Origin: Octopus sinensis
Lineage: Eukaryota
Direction of reading: 5' to 3'
Length of the DNA: 27,319 nucleotides
Assembly: GCF_006345805.1 (NCBI RefSeq)
Contig: NW_021834113.1
Span: 1 to 27,319 of the forward strand
In this document: piece after piece, positions 12,703-23,359 of the stretch
Numbering within the stretch: the first letter of the stretch is position 1
How the letters are laid out: each line of letters starts with the position of its first letter
Made by a program: the position numbers and the translations under genes
The notes under the pieces: generated by a model
Databases searched by the model: none
Told to the model about the DNA's origin: nothing
Seen by the model: the letters and a program-made list of their open reading frames with translations, nothing else

Positions 12703-12704
<2 letters not shown>
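12183..12704 (+). mobile_element. SINE family B, full length, with internal (TA)n/(TG)n microsatellite
   Basis: GGTTCAGTTCC B-box-like site at 12230-12240; GCCTCGGGCCGACCAA shared with the 6377-6895 copy; microsatellite at about 12340-12480; 3' arm ending GCTGAAACAACTAAAAGAATAAAAGAAT. Confidence 0.88.
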
Positions 12705-12733
<29 letters not shown>

Positions 12734-12753
12734 TGTATGTTGTATGTATGTAA

Positions 12754-12838
<85 letters not shown>
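12705..12838. repeat. (TATG)n then (TA)n
   Basis: Seen directly. Confidence 0.95.
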
Positions 12839-13062
12839 GTTATAAGATAAAGAAATAGAGAGGTAATTAATAAATCATTATTTATTAATTAAAAATTCAA
12901 GACCATCAGAAAATTATAAATAAAATTTAAATTATTTGAAAGTCGAATCTCGTCAGAGGTAGTTGAAGATATACAAAATAGGTGTTCAAAATTGGTGTAT
13001 AGGTAACTAACCAGTACTTCCATAGGATTTTGCTATCCAACGAGGTTTGTAACCTTTATTTG

Positions 13063-13106
<44 letters not shown>

Positions 13107-13303
13107 TTTGTACATACATGCATGAATATACACACACATATGCATTTTTCGTTTGGTCAAATGGAAGAGCAATGACAATGAGGAGACACTTTCCAGTGCC
13201 CCTTAAGCTTTGAAAAATATCCTCAATCGAGCTGGACCCAATTACTTGCTGACTTCGTGAAACACACAAAGACCATTAAATAGTGTGGAACTGAGTCACA
13301 CAG

Positions 13304-13375
<72 letters not shown>

Positions 13376-13425
13376 CTGTCGGTTTCTGTCTCTCTCTTTA
13401 TGTATATAATAATAATAATATTATT

Positions 13426-13480
<55 letters not shown>
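13304..13480. repeat. (TCTA)n followed by (AAT)n
   Basis: Seen directly. Confidence 0.96.
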
Positions 13481-13482
<2 letters not shown>

Positions 13483-13838
13483 GGTCAGTAAATATAAAGA
13501 CTTGCTAATAGAAATTGAAAAAATACGGCATCTCAAGGCGACAGTGATTAATAAAAAAAGGTACTGAAACCTATTTGAAAATGATACCAGGTTTACCATC
13601 CCTACAGGAAGTGCAAAAAAACGTGTTAACTGGAACGACTCATGTACTGAGAAGAGCATTATCGCTGTGAAAACAACATCCATTCATAATTATATTTATT
13701 TATCTATTTATTAAGTACATATTTTACCTGTGAATTTGCCTATGTAATCTGGGTATGCATACAATCAGCTTCTCTGCCCTAGGTGTACGGAAAACACTCG
13801 GCGAGAAACGGAAGAAAATTTGAAGAAAGAAGGAAAAA
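13481..13838 (+). mobile_element. 5'-truncated R4/Dong-clade non-LTR retrotransposon (C-terminus of restriction-like endonuclease domain plus 3' UTR)
   Basis: KVSKYKDLLIEIEKIRHLKATVI, a frameshift, then KKGTETYLKMIPGLPSLQEVQKNVLTGTTHVLRRALSL* (stop ends at 13670). This matches the R4-clade C-terminal pattern KY.DL..EI...W......PVVIGALG.I.K....L..I......LQK..L.GT..ILR, with the PVVIGALG segment deleted. Confidence 0.8.
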
Positions 13839-13878
<40 letters not shown>

Positions 13879-13957
13879 GGAGGAGGAGGAGGAGAGGAGG
13901 AGGAGGAGGAGGAGGATGGTGACGACAACGACGACGATGACGGCGATGATGATGATA
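13839..13957. repeat. (GAT)n-(GAG)n-(GAC)n-(GAT)n compound trinucleotide tract
   Basis: Seen directly. Confidence 0.95.
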
Positions 13958-14094
13958 ATTAAATTGGCATTATCAAGTTTTCTCTCTGACGATTTTCCTT
14001 ACAGGAAATTCCTTTCATCTCTGTATGACATGTAAATCTTTGTGATTCCTATTAGAAAGTGGAATAGGTGTAATGAAGAATAAATAATACCAAA

Positions 14095-14700
14095 AAAGTT
14101 TGCGTACACGAGAGAAACTGCAGAAACACAGAGACTGCAGGAGCCACTCAGAGGTTTTGCAAGCTCTTCTTAACCCATCACACTGCCGAAAACACTTCCA
14201 TATCAGTAGCTATCTCAGAGGACACAAGCGTTTCGACCCTTAGCCAGTACACTTCACCTGAGTGTGGCAGCGTGGACTTAACGAGTCTCTAACTACGGAA
14301 GGTTCCCTTTTGCAGTCTCATTTACCATAGCCAACTTGTGCTAATTCCTTGGTGACTTTCTTAAGTTGTCCGGGTTGCAGACTTCTCTTCTGCAGGAAAT
14401 AGAGCAGCTACTAAGCTTGAGAGATGGAAAACCGTGGCAGCCGTCTTCAATGAGGAATGTTGCTGCATGCCGTGCCTTGATAAGGGTATCGTCAACTAAT
14501 TCCTGATATTTCGATTTCTTTAACTGGTGTTAAATAGTTAACCTGTCTTCCCAGGCCACTGTAAGTTTGACCACGACGTTTGTCTTTGTATTCCAGGAGA
14601 TGAGGAAGATGTCAGATCAGAATGGTATTGTCACTGTCCAATCTGGTAAGACAGATCTACGTCTTAGGTCCATTTATATCGCCCAGTCTAGAGCAGAGGG
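14095..14700 (-). mobile_element. Decayed HERO-like non-LTR retrotransposon 3' end (restriction-like endonuclease domain plus 3' UTR)
   Basis: Minus strand: DWAI*MDLRRRSVLPDWTVTIPF*SDIFLISWNTKTNVVVKLTVAWEDRLTI*HQLKKSKYQELVDD...TFLIEDGCHGFPS; after frameshifts FLQK..LQPGQLKKVTKELA and WLW. This fits the HERO-type pattern DW...VDL...FP....RPDIVLWS....IELTVPWE...K..KY.EL...PVEVGCRGF...S.WLW. Confidence 0.78.
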
Positions 14701-14749
14701 CAAAATAGAAAAACGGTCATATATCTTTATACTTGAGTGTCCGTGCGAA

Positions 14750-14821
14750 TCTTTCTATATGCATATATGTATATGTACACACACACACATATGTATGTAT
14801 GCTAGTATGTATGTAATTGTG

Positions 14822-14873
<52 letters not shown>

Positions 14874-14877
14874 AGTG

Positions 14878-14924
<47 letters not shown>

Positions 14925-15105
14925 CTATGCATGTGTATATATAAAGATAAATATGCATACACACACATATATATATATGCTCGCTCGTACAAACATAGTC
15001 TCTCTCTTACTCTCCTTCTCTTTCTCTTTCTCTCCTTCTATCTCTCTCTTTCTCTCCTTCTCTCTTTCTCTCCTCCTGTTTTTCTCTCCTTCTCTCTCTC
15101 TCTCG
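14750..15105. repeat. (TA)n/(TG)n tracts followed by a CT-rich tract
   Basis: Seen directly. Confidence 0.9.
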
Positions 15106-15399
15106 CCATACATGTAACATATATATGTAACGAATATAGCATGATAGAGCAGTTAGACAATCACATCCACTCCTCCCGTCCTCATAAAATTTATATTTTT
15201 CTAAGAAAGTAATAATTTCTAACTTTCTAAAATGGACGAAATCTTACAGACAAGAACTCCAATATTAAATTCTGTTTAGTGTAATTAATCATAGAAATAT
15301 GAAATATATATGATGATATTTGATAGAGCAACTCTTGGGAGAGACTCCAAGCAATATTGACATCTTTCCTAATTAGAATATCATTACCATTGTTAGCAG

Positions 15400-15439
15400 G
15401 CAATGTAAAATGTACAGAAGACTCTTCAGTGCTACAAAA
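15400..15439 (+). CDS. Candidate 40-nt exon of an unidentified host gene
   Basis: Acceptor ccattgttagcag, donor gtgaga; open as QCKMYRRLFSATK or NVKCTEDSSVLQ. Confidence 0.2.
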
Positions 15440-15644
15440 GTGAGATTTGCAACTACAGTAATGACAGGCTTGTATTCAAACTCAATGTTATTATTAAATT
15501 GAAACTGGTAAAGTATTTCGTACTTGTTAAATAAAGACGGCAGTGTTTCACTAAATGTCGAGGCGATCGACAGTTATGAATGTACTGTAACTAAACTGAT
15601 TAACGGGTAATAGAGGAGGTAGTTCAGTTGAATATATGGATACC

Positions 15645-15732
<88 letters not shown>

Positions 15733-15808
15733 ATGTACCTATCTGTAATATATATGTATTTTTTGTGTGCTTTTTAAATGGCCTACAAACACCCTCCACG
15801 CTGCAATT

Positions 15809-15850
<42 letters not shown>

Positions 15851-15881
15851 AATATATATATATATACAAATATATATAAAT

Positions 15882-15947
<66 letters not shown>

Positions 15948-15956
15948 GGATCGATG

Positions 15957-16026
<70 letters not shown>

Positions 16027-16035
16027 GAGATAGAT
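15645..16035. repeat. (TCTA)n and inverted (TAGA)n tetranucleotide tracts around a TA-rich spacer
   Basis: (TCTA)n at about 15645-15727; (TAGA)n at about 15884-16035. Confidence 0.96.
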
Positions 16036-16264
16036 ATATTTCTTTATTAGCCGCAATGAAAAATGTATTGTAAATAAATAATACATACATATATACGTAC
16101 ATACATACATATATAAAACGAAACATACAAATCAGCACGGATACACACATGCGTACATACATAAATACCCTGTTTTTGATGTTGGAATTCCAATGAAGGA
16201 ACCTTGGAATTAGTTTAGAAACTGCATCTTTCTCTATTAGCAAGAAATCTTGAAATAAAACTGA

Positions 16265-16296
<32 letters not shown>

Positions 16297-16299
<3 letters not shown>

Positions 16300-16479
16300 A
16301 GGAGCTTCTACAGGACTAGAACTGTTTCATTCAGATGAAAGCTTCAGGAAGCTTCCTGAAGATTTCATCTGAATGAAACAGTTCTAGTCCTGTAGAAGCT
16401 CCTTCTATAAAATAAATTACTTTACTCTGCTATGTATTGAGTACCTTATTTACTATGGTTAACCCCGACTCAACCCTGA

Positions 16480-16482
<3 letters not shown>
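16297..16482 (+). mobile_element. Penelope-like terminus with an inverted duplication (110-bp palindrome) and a hammerhead-like core
   Basis: 16297-16406 is a palindrome with 55-bp arms, no loop and one mismatch (16341/16362). The right arm has CTGAAGA 16356-16362, GAAAC 16375-16379 and GTC 16387-16389. A unique tail runs to about 16482. Flanked by (TA)n(GA)n on the left and (TA)n on the right. Confidence 0.65.
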
Positions 16483-16524
<42 letters not shown>

Positions 16525-16971
16525 TTAGAGGATTGACCACTAAAAGTGGACAGACTGCATGGTAGATATAGACGTCAAAATTGCCATTTTCCACAGAGAA
16601 TGTGTTCTCAAGAAAAAAAAATTCAGCAAAAAACCAAAGCGTAAAAATAAGAAAGACAAATGAAAATACACGAAATAAAAAACTATTACCTATGTACTAA
16701 TTAGTTTCACTTGTTAATAATTTACGTATATGAATACATAAACATCTGCAAGATCATCAGCATAGTTTTTTTGGTGTCCTGTACCCATATATGCATGTAT
16801 ATATATACATATAGATGTAAGTATGTACATATATGCATATGTTTATATATTATTTCTGTTATTATACGATCGAACGCTACGCATCCATTTCCAAGTATTT
16901 GTGTATATATATATTATATATATATATATATATAAGAAAGTTTGTTTGGGAAAGCACGTGGTTGAATATAT

Positions 16972-17120
16972 AGAAAATAGTAAAAAGTGAAAAAACTACA
17001 GAAAAAACTATGTCATTGTAAGAAAAAAATTTATAATATTCTTCAGACATATTGACTTAAATATATTTTCTTTAACCTTTTAAAACAAGCCTTCTGTAGT
17101 TTTTTCACTTTTTACTATTT

Positions 17121-17123
<3 letters not shown>
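16972..17123. repeat. Fold-back structure: perfect 32-bp inverted repeats with an 88-bp spacer
   Basis: AGAAAATAGTAAAAAGTGAAAAAACTACAGAA (16972-17003) and its exact reverse complement (17092-17123). Confidence 0.9.
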
Positions 17124-17166
<43 letters not shown>

Positions 17167-17210
17167 ATTATATATATATATAATATATATTATATATCGT
17201 ATATATATAT

Positions 17211-17500
17211 AAAGCAGACAGTATGGGTAATGTTAGAAATTAAACCGAAGTTCTGTGACCTCTGTCTTACAGAAACGGAACACAAAAACAGATCCGTAAA
17301 TTCCATTGGAAAATTCTAATCCTAATCAAAAGAAATAACCTAATTTTGATCTGCCGAATTATGATTGAATTGCTCTCGTTCAATTGCAGAAAAGACTCTT
17401 CTGGCATAGGTTAAATGATAGCTGGCATAAATGACCAAAAGGCTCATTCGGAAATGCAAAGAGTGCGATTCACACAATTACGGGTTATTTTCCTTTCATT
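17211..17500 (+). mobile_element. Penelope-like element remnant: C-terminus of the GIY-YIG endonuclease region and decayed 3' flank
   Basis: KFCDLCLTE (CDLCLTE at 17254-17274) and, in another frame, LIKRNNLILICR (17322-17357) match the PLE C-terminal motif C.LCL.EK...LNKR.EL...CRH. Starts directly after a (TA)n tract. Confidence 0.6.
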
Positions 17501-17595
17501 TTGTTGACTCAACCAAATAACTATTTAAGTGAATTTTTTTGTTTGGAAATGGAATCCTGTTTACGATACATATAAAAAAACACACACGCATACAG

Positions 17596-17629
<34 letters not shown>

Positions 17630-17939
17630 CCACACACGCACACACACACACGTACACTCACACAAACACATACACATATGTAAAGCGGAAAGGCTAGAGA
17701 GAGAGATAGAGAAACAAGTCAGAGTGATTGACAAAATGGTTTTAAAGACAGGTTATGGAGTAAAATGATTATCTCTAAATAAAATCTATCAATCACTAAA
17801 TCGAATCATTATAGCTAAGGATGCCCTAAGAAGAAAAACTTGTCAACGAGAGACCAAAAGAGGGGAAAAAGGTATATAATCTATATGTTTATATATATAT
17901 AATATGTATATATATATATACATATATATATATATAATT

Positions 17940-17996
<57 letters not shown>

Positions 17997-18681
17997 TATA
18001 ATAAAAACAACCACAAATTTGACAAACAGTAAAGAAAAAGAAACCATGGTAGCAGACGTAAATTAGATTTACACATGAAAATATGATTCAATTATACTTC
18101 AACCGCGTAAGCTCTGCGCAAATATAGAAATAAATCCTTGCTTACCATATTCCTCCAGGTTTTGGCAGCTTGTATCAGACCATAAAAATATCAACTCAGA
18201 TTATACATTCACACAAACACACGCATACACAGATACTCATACGTTTAATACTCATCACGTTATAGCATTTTATGTCTTTGAAACGAAGGTGTTGCTTTGA
18301 GGAACGAAATGCAAGGATTCCCAAATATTACATCTTCGTCTTTATTTTTCCGTGTATTTTGCCACTGGCTACTCTTACTGATATCGATATTATATATTTC
18401 TTCTTATTTATTCTCCCTTCATTATTATTATATCTTGTATTTCATGTTATTTTTGCGACTTTTCAGGAATTAAAAGATGTGTGGATATATAGGTCTGTAC
18501 ATTCACACGCACATACATACACACGCACACATACACACATATATGTATTGTGTGTGTGTGTGTGTGTGTAAAGATTTAATTATGCATATTCAGATATATG
18601 ATTATCTGTATATACATGTTTTTAGACATAAGACCGCCTACAACAGAACGAGAGAGAGAAAGTGTGTGTGTGTGTGTGAAG

Positions 18682-18714
<33 letters not shown>

Positions 18715-19395
18715 TAGGATTTATGGTAAATTTACAAAGTTGCGTTGTTAGTAAACATATTTTCGGTTTGACTTTAAAGAGCGGAAAATGTGCTAAATAT
18801 ACGTTTATTATCTCTGTGGCCATAAAATTAACTCAACCTAATTCCAGTATTTTTATAACTTCATCAGAGATCGCTCATTTGTTCCTGATGACACTGAAAA
18901 TGGTAGCTGATAATCTTTTCGAAAATGCATAGTCTTGGTCAGAAATAAATTTATCTGCTCATATTTGCAGGAACAGTGCAAGTGCTGGCAATTTTAATTA
19001 TTCAGCTAATTAATAGAATGACTAAACGACGTTATGAGGAGGAAATCAAATTAATCAGCGTGTGATTTATTGAATTACAAACTGTCTCCGTTGCTGTAAG
19101 GGCGGTGATAACGGCAGCCTATCGTCAGATGAATTCCTCTTTTTATCGGCCTGAGAGAAAAAAAAATCTTGCGCTTTAATCCCGGTATCTATTTCTCATG
19201 GAAACCCTTACAAAGCATGTCTAGTATAAATACCTGGTGGTGATTTAACCTCATACCTCTTCTAACGCTCTATAATGCATGTATTAGCTAATTGTTTCAC
19301 GTTGGCGAAGTATGTACTATTATGTGAACAAGGAATGAGTAAGTTAGTTCAGTCCGAGTTGGGGAATAGCGTTTTGGCGGATAAAGCTATTATGT

Positions 19396-19741
19396 GTCGA
19401 GGGTTCCAGTTGAAGCGATCGACGGAAAGGCCTGCTCGTGCAAATGGATGAGCGCTCCACAGACACGTGTACACTTAACGTAGTTCCCGGAGAGATTCTG
19501 TGTGACACAAAGTGTGACAAGGCTGGCCCTTTGAATATAGGTATAACAGAAACAGGAAGAAAGAATTAGAGAAAGTTGTAGTGAAAGAGAACACCAGGAT
19601 TCTCCACCACCCTCTGCCGAAGTCCCGTGGAGCTTTAGGTGTTTACGCTCAATAAACACTCACAACACCAGGTCTGGGAATCGAAACCGCAATTCTACGA
19701 CCGCGAGTCCGCTTCCCTAACCACTGGGCCATTCCGCCTCC
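19396..19741 (-). mobile_element. tRNA-headed SINE family C variant 1, full length
   Basis: Minus strand: A box TGGCCCAGTGG (19731-19721), B box GGTTTCGATTCCC (19688-19676); its 3' ~150 bp aligns with 22351-22508. Confidence 0.88.
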
Positions 19742-20785
19742 ACGTCTAAATATATGTGAACGATTGGATTGTATACGCATCCAGTAGTGGAGCTTTGGTT
19801 CCAGAGTTTTCTGCAACCTATGAGCCACTATTGTCCCTCAGATCTACTCTGACACAGAATAGGAGCACCTCTCAGGGTTCCACCTATTGGTGAAATAACA
19901 CATGTTATAACAATCCATCTTAGTGCAAGGGTACAGAAGGACCCTTAGTTGGTATCAGGAGTCAGGGACCCCTAGCGGTTGCTACACGACTTACAGTTTC
20001 AACTGATTACTTATCATCTCGATTCGGCCCATCACTAGGTACAAATCACGGAAACTCAGGGAGTGGTATTCGTGTTGTACAATCGTTTATCACTATAATC
20101 TAACACCGTGCTGATGCCTGTCTGTGAGGACCTCATCTGTCATCCTATCTACTGAAAGTCCTGTGGCGAAGGGAAAGTGGTGATGTGTGCAGACCTAACG
20201 AGATAGAAGTGCACAGGAAGTCACAATTAGTCGTCAACTCGATAAATTTATCAATGACAAATAAAGACAAGTAAACAAGTTCCAAGAAATTTCCTGCAGT
20301 TTCCATTTCTGAACTTTATTGAATTTGAATAAGAAGTTTTTCACTAATTTAAAGATGTGTTGCATTCACTGCGGAGTAGATTTAATAAACCATGTTAACT
20401 CGTTGCAGGAGAAATGTTCCGTTTTTTATTTGCAACAGTCGCTCGCCCTAGCCTCTATTCTAATTACTGATAATTTAATATGTATTCATTTCAATATTTT
20501 CATTTCAAGTTTTAATTTGGTGTGTGAAAAACCCACAGTTTATTCTATATACGTAACGTAAAATATATTTATTGAATCAGTGAATGCTAGTATACAAAAT
20601 AGCTGTATAACTTTGACGCTTTCATAATATAGTACACCTGTATGATTTAAAAAAAAATTAATAAGTGATTTTGTTGGTATCACTGTTAGGAACGCTATAA
20701 GCCTTACAATAGTAACTATGTGATCGCTGCTATGTCTAGCACGCTAAACTTGCTAGGATTACCTTGAAGGTTCTTTAAATTACAG

Positions 20786-20833
20786 ATATATTACGACTAT
20801 GAGGAATTACCGAAAGAAATATTTGCTAAACAA
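20786..20833 (+). CDS. Candidate 48-nt symmetric exon of an unidentified host gene
   Basis: Acceptor ttctttaaattacag, donor gtgagg, length a multiple of 3; open as IYYDYEELPKEIFAKQ or YITTMRNYRKKYLLN. Lies in non-repetitive sequence. Protein not recognised. Confidence 0.4.
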
Positions 20834-21641
20834 GTGAGGTTTTTTATAAATTGAAGTTTCCAGAAAAATTTACTTTCTGAACTTCCTTTTATTATTGAAT
20901 ATTTCAAGTTCACAAATTTAAATATTCGGTACAATATAGTTTGGCATCCTCTCGCTTGAACCCGCACACTTCGTTATTTTTTTTTATTTATCTACTTTTT
21001 GCGCGCCGTTTTCAACTCCAAGTATTTCCCTGTGTGTTTTTGTATGTATGTTTGCATACATTTATGCATTTGTGTGTGTGTGTGTGTGAGGGAGAGAGAG
21101 ACTGATTGAAGAGGTATGTCTTCATTGTATACGTACATACATAAATACATATGCATACATCTTTTTCGTATATATGTGTGCGTGTGTGTGAGAGAGAGAC
21201 AGAGATATGGGGTGATGTCTAAATATCACTCAAATTTTCTTCCTCTCTCTTTTTCTCACACACATACGTCCCTTTCATATACATGGACATACATCACTCT
21301 TTGGTTTTAAAGCAAAATTAAATGAATAAAATCTTTTTACGGAAATTAACGAACAAAACCAGCTGTTCATTTTGGCATTGTTTGCAGGTTCAATCCAAAG
21401 GATGACGATAGTTTTTTTACGAGCATTATATATATGATCTTTTCATTTCATGTTCATTTCAATTATTGTTTGCAACGTTCTCTCTCCCCTTCAGACACAC
21501 AGACACACACACAGTATCTCTCTAATATAAAACACATATACTGTCTCTGCAATATAGACACACACACACACACTGCAGGTTCGACTAACAGAAAACCGCT
21601 CAGTGGGCGATCTTTCTGCTTGTGCATATTATAATATATAT

Positions 21642-21644
<3 letters not shown>

Positions 21645-21673
<29 letters not shown>

Positions 21674-21945
21674 TGTATGTATGTATTATGTATGTATGTA
21701 TGTATTATGTATGTATGTATGTATGTATGTATGTATGTATGTATGTGTGTGTGTATGTATGTATGTATGTATGTATGTTTGTATGTATGTATGTATGTAT
21801 GTATGTATTGTATGTATGTATGTATGTATGTATGTATGTCTGTGTGTGGTGTGTGTGTGTGTATGTTATGTATGTATGTGTGTATGTATGTATGTATTGT
21901 ATTGTATGTATGTATGTATGTATGTATGTATGTATGTATGTATAA
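21645..21945. repeat. (TATG)n tetranucleotide microsatellite with TG interruptions
   Basis: Seen directly. Confidence 0.97.
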
Positions 21946-22212
21946 ATTAGATACGTATGTGTGATTGTGTGTGCGCATGTATGGAAGTTATTTGCAAATC
22001 AAAAAAATAATAAACTTGTTTGAGGGCAGATTGTGTTTAGTTTTAGATTTCAAAGACTGTTTACATCTTGATAAATGTTTCACGTGGAGAAAGGTACAGC
22101 TACGTCCACATTTGCCAGAATAGAGAATACAGTCGAAATGAACAATTACACAAGCATACGCATGCGTGCGCACTCAAACTTACAAATGTTTGTGTGTATC
22201 TATTTACTGTGA

Positions 22213-22525
22213 GGGCGCGTGGCTTAGTGGTAAGGCATTCGACTCATGATCGTAAGGTTGTGAGTTCGATTCCCGGCGACGTGTTGTGTCCTTGAGCAAG
22301 ACACTTTATTTCACGTTGCTCCAGTCCACTCAGCTGGCACAATGAGTTGTACTTGTATTTCAAAGGGTCAGCCTTGTCACTCTGTGTCACGCTGATTATC
22401 CCCGAGAACTACGTTAAGGGTACACGTGTCTGTGGAATGCTCAGCCATTTGCACGTTAATTTCACGAGCAAGCTGTTCCGTTGATCGTATCAGCTGGGAC
22501 CCTCGTCGTCGTAACCGGCGGAGTC
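22213..22525 (+). mobile_element. tRNA-headed SINE family C variant 2, full length
   Basis: A box TGGCTTAGTGG (22220-22230), B box GAGTTCGATTCCC, central GTGTCCTTGAGCAAGACAC motif of the kind seen in conserved SINE core domains, and a 3' region shared with 19396-19548. Confidence 0.9.
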
Positions 22526-22802
22526 TTTGAAGTCTTTGATCTATTTACTGGAAAAGCAGGAAATGATGTGAGAAATACAAGTATTACACGAAAAATTCTG
22601 GACAGAAACCAATGGCTCTACCTAGCTGAGAACGCTGTGACCTTTGTGTCAGATGAAATGACATCTTTCTCTAAAAATTTACCTAATTAAATACCAATTG
22701 AATTAGTTTTAACCCATGATAAAATTTACAGAATATTTGGTTCCTCGACCTGCTAAAACCAACAGTTATAACTATGTATGCCTAACTGGTGAAAAATAAT
22801 TG

Positions 22803-23280
22803 TGGTTAACGAAGCTGAATGGATTGAGGGCATACGCTTTCTCCTTTGGTCAAGCCCTCACCAATTTTTTCAAGTTCCACTTGGAAAGGAAAGTGAGGGT
22901 GGAGTGGGAAGTTCTCTCTACCAGAGAATTTGTAAAAGCATGAGTGACTGTGTTTAAAAAGGTGAAGGTGAAATGAAACTATTCTAAGAATGTGCTTTCA
23001 GATTAAAGTGCAAGAGTTCAGACATTAATTGTGCCTTGGTGCTCGGAGTAATTCTGGGTTTGTTCAGTTTTTTGACTGACTTGAATCGGACACTCCCTCT
23101 CATGAGAGAACTGCCCATTGCAATGTTCACATATTTTATAGTCTATGCATGATTTTATCTCGTTTCCCCCCCTCTCTCTCCTTCATCTCTCATATTCGTA
23201 TGTAACCCCTACAAACATACAAATATAGCAAATTGCTCTTCAAATGTTCCCCTCGTTGAGTGCACCTGTGACAAAAAACT
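22803..23280 (+). mobile_element. Probable L1/Tx1-clade LINE 3' end (ORF2 C-terminus plus 3' UTR)
   Basis: WLTKLNGLRAYAFSFGQALTNFFKFHLERKVRVEWEVLSTREFVKA*VTV (stop at 22974-22976) resembles, from recall, Tx1-type ORF2 ends; followed by a UTR-like region ending CTGTGACAAAAAA. Confidence 0.45.
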
Positions 23281-23304
23281 CATTATTTTCATAAAACAAT
23301 AATA

Positions 23305-23315
23305 TGTTGTTGTTG

Positions 23316-23359
<44 letters not shown>

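Noticed and set aside
16170-16265. ATGAAGG-AACCT...AGTTT-AGAAAC as a derived hammerhead in another terminus
   Set aside because: The CUGA core is absent; the sequence alone does not support the call.
18860-18940. CTGATGA...GAAAATGCATAGTC as a hammerhead, or RDRSFVPDDTENG as an exon
   Set aside because: Stem III and stem I do not pair properly; as an exon the donor (gtagct) is weak.
22213-22285. tRNA gene (also 19670-19741 minus and 6830-6895 minus)
   Set aside because: A and B boxes are present, but the acceptor and T stems do not pair and the sequence continues into SINE bodies.
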